Source: Methanobacteriota archaeon (GTDB lineage: Archaea > JAADCQ01 > Methanopyri > Methanopyrales > Methanopyraceae). Taken from it: a stretch of 20,215 bases of DNA. Shown piece after piece: positions 1 to 7,710 of this stretch. Each line of letters opens with the position of its first letter. The first letter of the stretch is position 1. Location of the stretch: NCBI GenBank assembly GCA_027064305.1, contig JAMOPY010000007.1, positions 1-20,215 on the forward strand, in the 5' to 3' direction. A model generated the notes under the pieces. That model saw only the letters and a list, made by a program, of their open reading frames with translations, made no database searches and was not told the origin of the DNA. Made by a program: the position numbers and the translations under genes.

Positions 1-629
1 CAGGGGTGGATGCGCCCCTCCTCCAGGGACCGTCGGACGATGTCCGAGAAGTCCGACTCGATGAACCGGGGCTCGGCGTCGAGCCACCGGGCGAGGAGCT
101 CGACGTTCTCCCGCATCTTCCGCGGTAGGATCATCGGCCCGGGGTCCACGGTCAGCGGTTCAACCTCGTAGCCCAGCTTGCGGAGGATGAGCGCGGAGGC
201 GGTGCTGTCGTAACCCCCGGAGACGGCCACCGTGATCCGGTGCCCGCACGGCTCCAGTCCCTCCCACTCCTCCCAGAAGTCCCAGCGCCGCTCCCCCAGC
301 AGCCGCTCCCGCTCGAGCCGAATCCCGTGAAGGACCCGCTCCAGCTCCGGGGCGCGCTTGAGCGCCCGCTCCACGGCCTCCCGGGCCAGCTTCAGCCGGT
401 AGAGGCGCGTCCTCAGGTCCGTCCAGGCTTGAACCACCACCCGCTCCAGACCCAGCTCCTCCCGGAGCCGCCCCGCCACGTAGCCCCCGGGTCCGATGAA
501 GTACGACATGTCCGAGCGGTCGGCGCCGACGATGACGAGCGTTCCGTCCTCCCACCGAACGTCAACCACCTTGGGCTCGGTCCGGCTCTTCGCGCCCGCC
601 TCCCTTCTCAGCCTCTCCACCCTTTTCAT
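1..629 (-). CDS. PP-loop superfamily ATPase with N-terminal KH-like domain (COG1365-like), 3'-truncated by the window edge
   Basis: Absent from the ORF track because it has no stop in the window. Manual translation from ATG 629 (or in-frame GTG 653): MKRVERLRREAGAKSRTEPKVVDVRWEDGTLVIVGADRSDMSYFIGPGGYVAGRLREELG...RITVAVSGGYDSTASALILRKLGYEV...GRIHP. SGGxDS is the PP-loop and IGPGG is a KH-type GxxG loop. Confidence 0.85.
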   Translation of the reverse strand, partial: MKRVERLRREAGAKSRTEPKVVDVRWEDGTLVIVGADRSDMSYFIGPGGYVAGRLREELGLERVVVQAWTDLRTRLYRLKLAREAVERALKRAPELERVLHGIRLERERLLGERRWDFWEEWEGLEPCGHRITVAVSGGYDSTASALILRKLGYEVEPLTVDPGPMILPRKMRENVELLARWLDAEPRFIESDFSDIVRRSLEEGRIHP

Positions 630-1389
630 CAGCTCCCTCCGCTCCCTCCTCACGCCGCATACCCCAGCGCACGGCCTTCGGCTCCTGCCGGTACACCAGA
701 CTTTCCTCCCGCTCCGGGGAGAACTTCCGCACGATCTTCGCGACCCGCTCGGCGTCTCGCACCATCACGACCAGCGAGTGATCGTCCGAGAGCAGCTTGG
801 ACCGGCCCTCGATCACCTCCACGGCGTCGCCGAACACGTCCTTGATCGTGTCCACCACGATGTACTTGTCCTCCCCGGACACGTGGATGCAGCCGGTTTC
901 CTTGTTGTAGTACACCTCACCGCTGAGACCGGACCTGGCGATGGCTTTCATGACAACCTCGGCCAGCCTCCTCGTGACCTGTTTGCGGCTCAAAATTTTA
1001 ACCGCCAGCTCCGCCTCCAGGTCCCCGGCGACGACCCGAACGCGGTCCCCCACCTCCGTTCCGCTCCGCTCGATCGTGCCCGCGGGCAGCTCCACGATCT
1101 CCTCGGCCGCCTCCCGGGGGACGTACACGCGCCAGGGGCGGAGGTTCTCGACGGCGTCCACCACCTCACCGTCGCGCAGGAAGAGCACGTCGATGGGGAA
1201 CCGCATGAAGAACGTGTGGATCGCGCAGGTTCTCCGGCCGGGGCGGGAGGGTCGGAGGATCATCCCCTCCCCGAACTCCAGGCGCCGGCGGAACATCAGC
1301 CCGCGGAGCCGGCGCAGGAAGGTGTCCGCCACCTCGGCCCGGTGGGCCAGCACCACGCCCCGGCTCTCGTTGATCACGGCGGCCCTCAA
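562..1389 (-). CDS. DUF192 (COG1430) domain fused to a C-terminal alpha/beta domain resembling the ThiI N-terminal ferredoxin-like domain
   Basis: DUF192 motifs ADTFLRRLRGLMFR, GEGM, IHTFFMRFPIDVLFL and ELPAG...GDRV. TTG start at 1389 has GGGGG upstream on the minus strand. The track's start at 1626 would overlap dacZ. About 275 aa. Confidence 0.8.
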   Translation of the reverse strand: MRAAVINESRGVVLAHRAEVADTFLRRLRGLMFRRRLEFGEGMILRPSRPGRRTCAIHTFFMRFPIDVLFLRDGEVVDAVENLRPWRVYVPREAAEEIVELPAGTIERSGTEVGDRVRVVAGDLEAELAVKILSRKQVTRRLAEVVMKAIARSGLSGEVYYNKETGCIHVSGEDKYIVVDTIKDVFGDAVEVIEGRSKLLSDDHSLVVMVRDAERVAKIVRKFSPEREESLVYRQEPKAVRWGMRREEGAEGADEKGGEAEKGGGREEPDRAQGG

Positions 1390-1417
1390 CGCGACGGCCC
1401 CCGCGGGGGATCGTTCG

Positions 1418-2191
1418 ATGTCGATCGAGCGGACGGTCCGGCGGATCGTCTCCTGCCTCGAGGTTAAAGCGGTGGTCGCCGACTTCGACGCGGACGTGAG
1501 CGTGCCCACGATCCGCGTCCCGGCGGACCTGCTGGACTCCGTGGGTCCCGTGGAGGCGTGCGCCCGGGCGGGGGTGCGGGCCGGGGACTTCATCCTCCTG
1601 GCCTCCCGACGGACGGTCACCGTCACCTACCGGCCCGTTCGGACCGAGGAGGAGCGGCTCGCCCGGTTGGACTCGTACCGGGTCGTCAGCCGGCTGCTCT
1701 TCCTGCTCACCGAGCTCGCGCTGGAGGGGGTGGAGGGGGACCGGGTGGGCACGCTGTGCGTGGTCTCCGACGAGGCCCGCGGGATGTACCGCACCACGCT
1801 GCCCCTCCGGGTGGAGAACGTGAACGTCATGACGGAGGAGGGGGGCCGCGTGCTCAAGGCGCTGTCCCGGCTGGACGGGGCGATCGTGGTCAACTCGGAC
1901 GGCCGGGTGGAGGCCGTCGGCGCCATCTTCGACGTCAGCTCCGAGAGCGTGCGCCCCGGGCTCGGGGCCCGGCACACCACGGCGCTGCACGTGTCCCGGG
2001 AGCTGAACTGTCCCGTAATAGTATTATCAGAATCCGGCCGGGTGCGGCTCTACTATCGAGGCCGGGAGGTCCTGGAGGTGCCGGCCCGGAGCGCGCCCCG
2101 GGGGCCGAGCGTGGATGACGAGGAACATCGTGGTGAGCACGCTGCCCGAGAGCCCGTTCACGGGCGGGAAGGTGGAGATCGTGGAGCGTAA
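1418..2191 (+). CDS. dacZ: Diadenylate cyclase (DAC/DisA_N domain), archaeal DacZ-like
   Basis: [24 protein letters not shown] (DGA motif), GLGARHTTA (RHR-type motif) and [13 protein letters not shown] 1418 is preceded by SD GGGGGATC. Confidence 0.85.
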   Translation: MSIERTVRRIVSCLEVKAVVADFDADVSVPTIRVPADLLDSVGPVEACARAGVRAGDFILLASRRTVTVTYRPVRTEEERLARLDSYRVVSRLLFLLTELALEGVEGDRVGTLCVVSDEARGMYRTTLPLRVENVNVMTEEGGRVLKALSRLDGAIVVNSDGRVEAVGAIFDVSSESVRPGLGARHTTALHVSRELNCPVIVLSESGRVRLYYRGREVLEVPARSAPRGPSVDDEEHRGEHAAREPVHGREGGDRGA

Positions 2192-3308
2192 GGGCGTGGG
2201 CCACCCGGACAGCCTGGCCGACGGGATCGCCGAGAGCGTGTCCCGGGCCCTGTGCCGGGAGTACCTAGAGCGGTTCGACCGCATCCTTCACCACAACACG
2301 GACGAGGTCCAGCTGGTCGCGGGGGAGGCCAAGCCCGAGTTCGGTGGCGGCGAAGTCATCCGGCCTATTTACATCCTGATCACCGGCCGGGCGACCGCCT
2401 ACGTGGGTGACGAGGAGGTCCCGGTCGGCACGATCGCCCTGCGGGCCGCCCGCGAGTACCTGGACGAGACGGTCCGACACCTCGACGTCGACCGGCACGT
2501 CGTCCTGGAGCCCAAGATCGGGCACGGGTCCGCGGACCTGAGGGACGTGTTCGAGCGCGGCGAGGAGGTCCCGCTGGCGAACGACACCTCGTTCGGCGTG
2601 GGCTTCGCCCCGCTCACGACGACGGAGCGGCTGGTCTACGAGACGGAGCGGTTCATCAACTCGGACCGGTTCAAGAAGGAGCTGCCGGAGGTGGGCGAGG
2701 ACGTGAAGGTCATGGGGCTCCGCGAGGACGACACCATCGAGCTCACCATCGCCGCGGCCATGGTCTCCCGGCTGATCGACGACCTGGACCACTACGTCTC
2801 CGTGGTGGAGGAGCTGAAGGACCGGGTTAAGGACCTCGTCGCCGAACTCGCCCCGGACGCGGACGTCACCGTGCACGTCAACACGGCGGACGACTACGAG
2901 CGCGGCACGGTGTACCTCACCGTCACCGGCACGTCCGCCGAGCAGGGCGACGACGGGTCCGTGGGCCGGGGCAACCGGGTGAACGGGCTGATCACCCCGT
3001 GCCGACCCATGAGCATGGAGGCGGCGGCCGGGAAGAACCCGGTCAACCACGTGGGCAAGCTCTACAACGTGCTCGCGCACCGGATGGCGCGCCGAATCTA
3101 CGAGGAGACGGGCGCGGACGAGGTGTACGTCCGCCTACTGAGCCAGATCGGCCGCCCTATCAACGACCCGAAGGCCGTGGACATCCAGCTGGTCGGCGAC
3201 GTCGACCGCGAGGATGTGAGGCGGGCGGAGCGGGTCGCCGAGGAGCTGCTGGACGGCGTCACCGAGCTCACCCGTGAGTTCGTGAAGGGCAAGGTGGAGG
3301 TGTTCTAG
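2115..3308 (+). CDS. metK: S-adenosylmethionine synthetase, archaeal type
   Basis: [53 protein letters not shown] and [17 protein letters not shown] are archaeal MAT signatures. 397 aa. Confidence 0.97.
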   Translation: MTRNIVVSTLPESPFTGGKVEIVERKGVGHPDSLADGIAESVSRALCREYLERFDRILHHNTDEVQLVAGEAKPEFGGGEVIRPIYILITGRATAYVGDEEVPVGTIALRAAREYLDETVRHLDVDRHVVLEPKIGHGSADLRDVFERGEEVPLANDTSFGVGFAPLTTTERLVYETERFINSDRFKKELPEVGEDVKVMGLREDDTIELTIAAAMVSRLIDDLDHYVSVVEELKDRVKDLVAELAPDADVTVHVNTADDYERGTVYLTVTGTSAEQGDDGSVGRGNRVNGLITPCRPMSMEAAAGKNPVNHVGKLYNVLAHRMARRIYEETGADEVYVRLLSQIGRPINDPKAVDIQLVGDVDREDVRRAERVAEELLDGVTELTREFVKGKVEVF

Positions 3309-4669
3309 AGCCGGTGGTGCGGCCCGTCCGCCGGCTCGAACCCCCCGATCACCCTCCCCCGCTCGATCTCGCCGACCAGGTTCGTCCGCATCAGCCGCTC
3401 CACCTCCCCCAGGTCGTCCGTCTCGTTAAGCACGTACATCAGCTTCACGTACGCCACCTCCGGCAGCATGTCCTCCCCCGGGATCACCCCCGCCGTCCGG
3501 AGCAGCCGCCCCGTCCGGTACACGTTCATGTTCACCCGACCGTACAGGCACTGCGAGGTCATCACCACCGCCACCCCCTCGTCCACCGCCCGCTCGATGG
3601 AGTCCAACCACCGCTCCGACACGTGACCCAGCCCCGTCCCCTCCAGCACGATCCCCCGGTACCCCCGGTCCACGTAGAAGTCCAGGACCTCGGGCCCCAT
3701 GCCCGGGGCGAACTTCACCAGCGCGACCCGCTCCTCGAACCCTCCCGACAGTTCCGGCTCACCGTCCTCCGGCTCCCGGTAGTCCTCCCGCAGGTACTCG
3801 ACCTCCGGGTTACGGAGGTCCCGCACGTCCACCCGCGCGATCGGCAGCGACTCGATCGAGCGGAACGCGTCCCGGCGCGAGGTGTGCATCTTCCGCACGC
3901 GCACGCCCCGGTGCACCAGGCAGACCTCGTCCGCCGTCCACCCGTGCATGCACACGGTGACCTCGCCCACCTCGCCCTCGCCCGCGAACCGGCACGCGGC
4001 GATCAGGTTCGACGCCGCGTCCGAGGACGGCCGATCCGAGCTCCGCTGCGCCCCCACCAGCACCACCGGCCCGGGCAGCCCGTCCAACAGGAACGCGAGC
4101 GCCGCCGCGGTGAACGCCATCGTGTCCGTACCGTGCGCGACCACCACCCCGTCCACGTCCGGGTCCGAGAGCGCGTCCGCCACCTCCTCCGCGATCTTAA
4201 TCCAGTGCCCCGGCTCCATGTTCTCGCTCAGCAGGTCCATCACGGCCCGCACGTCCGCGATGTTGACCACGTCCGGCAGCTCCGGCACCGCGCTCACCAG
4301 CTCCTCCGCCGTGAACGCCGGCTTCACGGCCCCCGTCTCGTAGTCCACACGGCACGCGATCGTACCGCCCGTTGACATCACGGCCACGTTGGGCAGGGAC
4401 GGGTCCTCCGGGATCTCCTCCTCCAGCGGGCGGAACTTCGGCTCTCGCCGCTCCCCGACCGGCTCCAGCCGCTCAATGCGGTCCACTCGCACGCCCACGT
4501 TGTACCCGTTGTCCATCTTGACGACCAGATGGCGGTCGTCACCCAGCTCGGATCTCGGCATGATGATGCCCTCGATTTCCACCCCGTCGTCACGCACTAT
4601 CCTGACCCTGTCTCCCACCTCCACACCGTGCTCCTCCAGGAACTTCCGAGCCTCGCCCTTGTACTCCAT
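3305..4669 (-). CDS. gatD: Glutamyl-tRNA(Gln) amidotransferase subunit D
   Basis: N-terminal [10 protein letters not shown] domain plus asparaginase motifs [24 protein letters not shown] and [10 protein letters not shown]. Start MEYKG at 4669 with SD GGAGGGGG. Confidence 0.96.
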   Translation of the reverse strand: MEYKGEARKFLEEHGVEVGDRVRIVRDDGVEIEGIIMPRSELGDDRHLVVKMDNGYNVGVRVDRIERLEPVGERREPKFRPLEEEIPEDPSLPNVAVMSTGGTIACRVDYETGAVKPAFTAEELVSAVPELPDVVNIADVRAVMDLLSENMEPGHWIKIAEEVADALSDPDVDGVVVAHGTDTMAFTAAALAFLLDGLPGPVVLVGAQRSSDRPSSDAASNLIAACRFAGEGEVGEVTVCMHGWTADEVCLVHRGVRVRKMHTSRRDAFRSIESLPIARVDVRDLRNPEVEYLREDYREPEDGEPELSGGFEERVALVKFAPGMGPEVLDFYVDRGYRGIVLEGTGLGHVSERWLDSIERAVDEGVAVVMTSQCLYGRVNMNVYRTGRLLRTAGVIPGEDMLPEVAYVKLMYVLNETDDLGEVERLMRTNLVGEIERGRVIGGFEPADGPHHRL

Positions 4670-4696
4670 TCCTGAGCCCCCTCCGGGGGATCGACA

Positions 4697-5302
4697 TTGA
4701 GGGTGGCGATCGTGGAGTACGGGGTGGGCAACCTCAACAGCGTCCACCGGGCCGTCCGCGAGATCGGGGGCGAGCCCCTCCTGACCCGGAACCCGGCGGA
4801 TATAAGGGACGCCGACGCCGTGATCCTACCCGGCGTGGGCCACTTCGGCGCGGCGGCCCGCACGCTGGAGGAGACCGGACTCCGAGACGAGCTCCTGGAG
4901 GCGGTCGGATCCATCCCGATCCTCGGCATCTGCCTCGGGATGCAGCTGCTCATGGAGTCCAGCGAGGAGGAACCGTCCGCCCGTGGACTGGGCGTGTTCC
5001 GGGGCACCTGCGTGGAGCTCCCCGAGACCGTCAAGCGCCCCCACATGGGGTGGAACGAGGTCCGCACGCTCACGCCCGAGCTCTCCGAGTTCAACGGTGC
5101 CATGTTCTACTTCGCACACTCGTACCGGGTCGCGCCCGAGGACGACCGGGTGGTGCTGGGCGTCACGGAGTACGGTGAGAGGTTCCCCAGCGTGATCGGG
5201 GACGCCGACCGTCGAGTCTACGGCGTCCAGTTTCACCCCGAGAAGAGCGGTCCAACAGGGTTAAAGTTGCTCAGGCGTGTGATCTCCGGGGATGACAGTT
5301 GA
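4697..5302 (+). CDS. hisH: Imidazole glycerol phosphate synthase, glutamine amidotransferase subunit
   Basis: YGVGNL, LPGVG, GICLGMQ, PHMGWN, YFAHSY and QFHPEKSG. TTG start. Confidence 0.97.
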   Translation: MRVAIVEYGVGNLNSVHRAVREIGGEPLLTRNPADIRDADAVILPGVGHFGAAARTLEETGLRDELLEAVGSIPILGICLGMQLLMESSEEEPSARGLGVFRGTCVELPETVKRPHMGWNEVRTLTPELSEFNGAMFYFAHSYRVAPEDDRVVLGVTEYGERFPSVIGDADRRVYGVQFHPEKSGPTGLKLLRRVISGDDS

Positions 5303-5799
5303 GGCTCGTCAGGGAGAAGATTTTCAGAAAGGTGGAGGAGTCCCTGGAGGGCATCGATGAGGCCCGGCCCACGCTGGGTGACGAGGTCAAGCTGTCCGCG
5401 GTCCGGCACATGCTGGCCTCGATGGTGGTGACGCTGGGTCGGGGCTCGGGTTCCACGTTTTACCGGGCCGGGTTCGACATCGGCATTTACAAGGCGGAGC
5501 GGCACGGGGTGAAGGGCCTGGAGGAGGCACTCCGGTACATCCACGACAGCCTCAAGCGGACCCGGCTGGGGCTGGTGGAGGAGGCGGAGTCCAGGGAGGA
5601 TGGGAGCATCGAGATCGTGATGACCGAGTCCGCGACCGCGGCCGGGTACTCGGTGAACGAGAAGCTCTGCTACTTCCAGGCGGGGTACATGGCGGGCGTG
5701 CTCCGGGCGGCCACCGGCGACCGGTGGCAGGTCCGCGAGGTGGAGTGCGTGGCTGAAGGCTACGACGCGTGCCGGTTCATCGCGCAGCGGAGGGGGTAA
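5299..5799 (+). CDS. V4R domain protein (COG1719-like, predicted small-ligand binding)
   Basis: [32 protein letters not shown] and [16 protein letters not shown] match the V4R Cys/Glu pattern. 4-bp overlap with hisH. Confidence 0.88.
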   Translation: MRLVREKIFRKVEESLEGIDEARPTLGDEVKLSAVRHMLASMVVTLGRGSGSTFYRAGFDIGIYKAERHGVKGLEEALRYIHDSLKRTRLGLVEEAESREDGSIEIVMTESATAAGYSVNEKLCYFQAGYMAGVLRAATGDRWQVREVECVAEGYDACRFIAQRRG

Positions 5800-5800
5800 T

Positions 5801-6427
5801 GTGGAGCGCGTCGTCGTGCACGGAACCCTCGTCGACGTCTTCGGAGTGGGCGTCCTGCTGCTCGGGCCGCGCGGCGTCGGCAAGAGCGAGACCTCACTCG
5901 AGCTGATCCGACGGGGCCACCGACTGGTTTCCGACGACGCGGTGATCGTGGAGCACGACGAGCGCTACGAGTACCCGGTCGGACGCCCGCCGAAGAACCT
6001 GGCCGGCAAGATCGAGATCCGGCTCGCGCTGGCGGAGCTGTACTGCCCCGAGTGCGGCCGCGTTTACTCCTTCTCCGCCCTCCGAATGAAGAAGGGGTGT
6101 GAGTGCGGCGGCGAGGTCAAGCTCCGCCCGATCCAGGACAAGGTCGACGTGGACGTGGCGGAGCTGTACGGGGTCCGGGCGCTGCGCAGCCGGAAGGGGA
6201 TCGGCGTCGTCATCAAGATGATCCCGGGGCCCCACCACCCGCACCACGACCCCTCCATGAAGCCGGAGGACACCGTCTCCTCCACCCCGGAGGAGGAACG
6301 AAAGGTGATCAAATGGGTCAAGGAGCGGGGCGGCAAGGTCTTCCACCTGGACGTCGTCCCCGGTCGGGACGTGGCCACCATCATCGAGACCATCGCCCTC
6401 CAGGAGAGCCTGCGGCGAAGGAGGTGA
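5801..6427 (+). CDS. hprK: HPr kinase/phosphorylase-like protein (catalytic domain only) with a Zn-ribbon insertion
   Basis: [41 protein letters not shown] (His, Walker A, DD), EIR, and C-terminal [12 protein letters not shown]. Insertion CPECG...CECGG. Confidence 0.88.
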   Translation: MERVVVHGTLVDVFGVGVLLLGPRGVGKSETSLELIRRGHRLVSDDAVIVEHDERYEYPVGRPPKNLAGKIEIRLALAELYCPECGRVYSFSALRMKKGCECGGEVKLRPIQDKVDVDVAELYGVRALRSRKGIGVVIKMIPGPHHPHHDPSMKPEDTVSSTPEEERKVIKWVKERGGKVFHLDVVPGRDVATIIETIALQESLRRRR

Positions 6428-6431
6428 ACCG

Positions 6432-6791
6432 TTGACACTCACGATCCCGGACTGGCTGGGCGCGGCCCTCCTCCTCTCCCTCAGCGACGAGCTCCACACC
6501 CGACTGGTGTGGGGGCCGCTCCGCGACCACTACCTGCTCCTGGGCGCGTACCTCCGCGTCCGACACTCCTCCCTGTTCGTCTGGCTCGTCCACGAGACCC
6601 TGGAGCTGATCTTCCACACCCTCGTACTCTCCCTCGCGCTTCCCCTCACCATGTCCCTCACCGCCGCCCTCATCCACTTCACCCTGGACCTGATCCACGA
6701 GGCGCTGCTGGGCACGATCCGAAACCCGTACCTGCACCGAGCCCTCCACCTGTCGGTCGAGTCGACCGCCCTCTACTACCTGTGGGGGTGA
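6432..6791 (+). CDS. Small hydrophobic membrane protein with repeated His/Glu/Asp motifs (DUF3307-like?)
   Basis: TTG start behind a strong SD GGAGGTGA. 119 aa, Leu-rich. Motifs SDELH, HETLE..FH, HFTLDLIHE and HRALH...E. Fills the gap in the operon. Confidence 0.7.
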   Translation: MTLTIPDWLGAALLLSLSDELHTRLVWGPLRDHYLLLGAYLRVRHSSLFVWLVHETLELIFHTLVLSLALPLTMSLTAALIHFTLDLIHEALLGTIRNPYLHRALHLSVESTALYYLWG

Positions 6792-6796
6792 GCGGC

Positions 6797-7069
6797 GTGC
6801 GCGTGCTACGTGACATCATCGGGAAGCCCGTGATCGACTCCTCCGCCCGGAGCATCGGGGACGTCGTGGACGTGGAGATCGACGAGGAGTCGGGCCAGGT
6901 CAGCGCGATCCTCGTGGGGCACTCCAAGCGTCCGGGCGTGCTCCGGAAGCTCCCCCTGCTCGGCGGAAAGGAGCGCACGATCCGAATCCCCTACTCCCGG
7001 ATCGTTGCCATCGAGGACGCGGTGCTGGTGGAGGGGGAGTGGAGGCGCGAAGGTGAGGAGGAATCATGA
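6797..7069 (+). CDS. PRC-barrel domain protein (YlmC/YmxH-like; possible CdpB-type)
   Basis: LRDIIGKPVIDSSARSIGDVVDVEIDEESGQVSAILV...IRIPYSRIVAIEDAVLV. GTG 6797 follows SD GGGGGTGA (alternative GTG 6788). Confidence 0.88.
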   Translation: MRVLRDIIGKPVIDSSARSIGDVVDVEIDEESGQVSAILVGHSKRPGVLRKLPLLGGKERTIRIPYSRIVAIEDAVLVEGEWRREGEEES

Positions 7070-7710
7070 GACCCCGGGAGATCGACCTCCTACGGGCGCT
7101 CCGCGACCGGGCCGACGACCCGCTGGAGTTCGTCGTCGTGAACGGGGTGCTCGTGGACCTCTACGACCTCGGTGACGCCCACGCGTACCTGGTCGCCGTC
7201 CGGGAGACGCTGGAACGGAAGCTGGGCCGGGCGGCGCTCCTCCTGGGCCGCGCACCCAGGGTCTCCCTGGTCGTGCCCAAAAGCGAGGCGGACCGGGTAA
7301 AGACCGCGGTCGAGCGGGCGGGGATCGGCCTCCTCTCCTACCGGAACGGCGAGCTCGAGCCCGAGGTCCAACCAAAGGAGTGGAACGTCGAACCGAACGT
7401 GGAGATCCCCACGGACCGCTCCCGGGAGCTCGCCACGCTCCTCAAGTCCATCGCCGACGAGCGACGCCTGACCATACTCCGGATGCTCGAGCACGGGGAG
7501 GAGTGCCTGTGCGCGATCGCCGAGGCGCTGGGGGAGAGCGAGTCCTCCACCTCCTACCACCTGAGCAAGCTCCTTGAGGCCGGACTCGTGGAGAGGAAGC
7601 CGGAGGGAGGCAAGTCCCTCTACCGGCTCACGGACCTGGGGCGCCTCGTGATACGGACGCTCAAAGGGCTCGAGGAACGGATGAAATCACGGTTGAGAAC
7701 AGGTGAGTGA
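7066..7710 (+). CDS. ArsR/SmtB-family winged-HTH regulator with an extra N-terminal domain
   Basis: C-terminal LKSIADERRLTILRML...ECLCAIAEALGESESSTSYHLSKLLEAGLV...YRLT. The N-terminal ~115 aa resembles a restriction-endonuclease-like fold (AGIGLL). ATGA overlap with the PRC gene. Confidence 0.85.
   Translation: MRPREIDLLRALRDRADDPLEFVVVNGVLVDLYDLGDAHAYLVAVRETLERKLGRAALLLGRAPRVSLVVPKSEADRVKTAVERAGIGLLSYRNGELEPEVQPKEWNVEPNVEIPTDRSRELATLLKSIADERRLTILRMLEHGEECLCAIAEALGESESSTSYHLSKLLEAGLVERKPEGGKSLYRLTDLGRLVIRTLKGLEERMKSRLRTGE

Noticed and set aside
160-1467. ORFs 160-555 (-), 240-845 (+) and 496-1467 (+)
   Set aside because: They are shadow frames of the PP-loop and DUF192 genes, with biased low-complexity composition and no motifs.
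941-1626. N-terminal extensions of dacZ (from 941) and of the DUF192 ORF (from 1626)
   Set aside because: They would overlap each other head-to-head by hundreds of bases. Recognisable domains and SD sites point to starts at 1418 and 1389.
6030-6169. Intein or IS element as the HprK insertion
   Set aside because: At 42 codons it is too short, and it lacks intein C...HN/C termini, a transposase and terminal inverted repeats.
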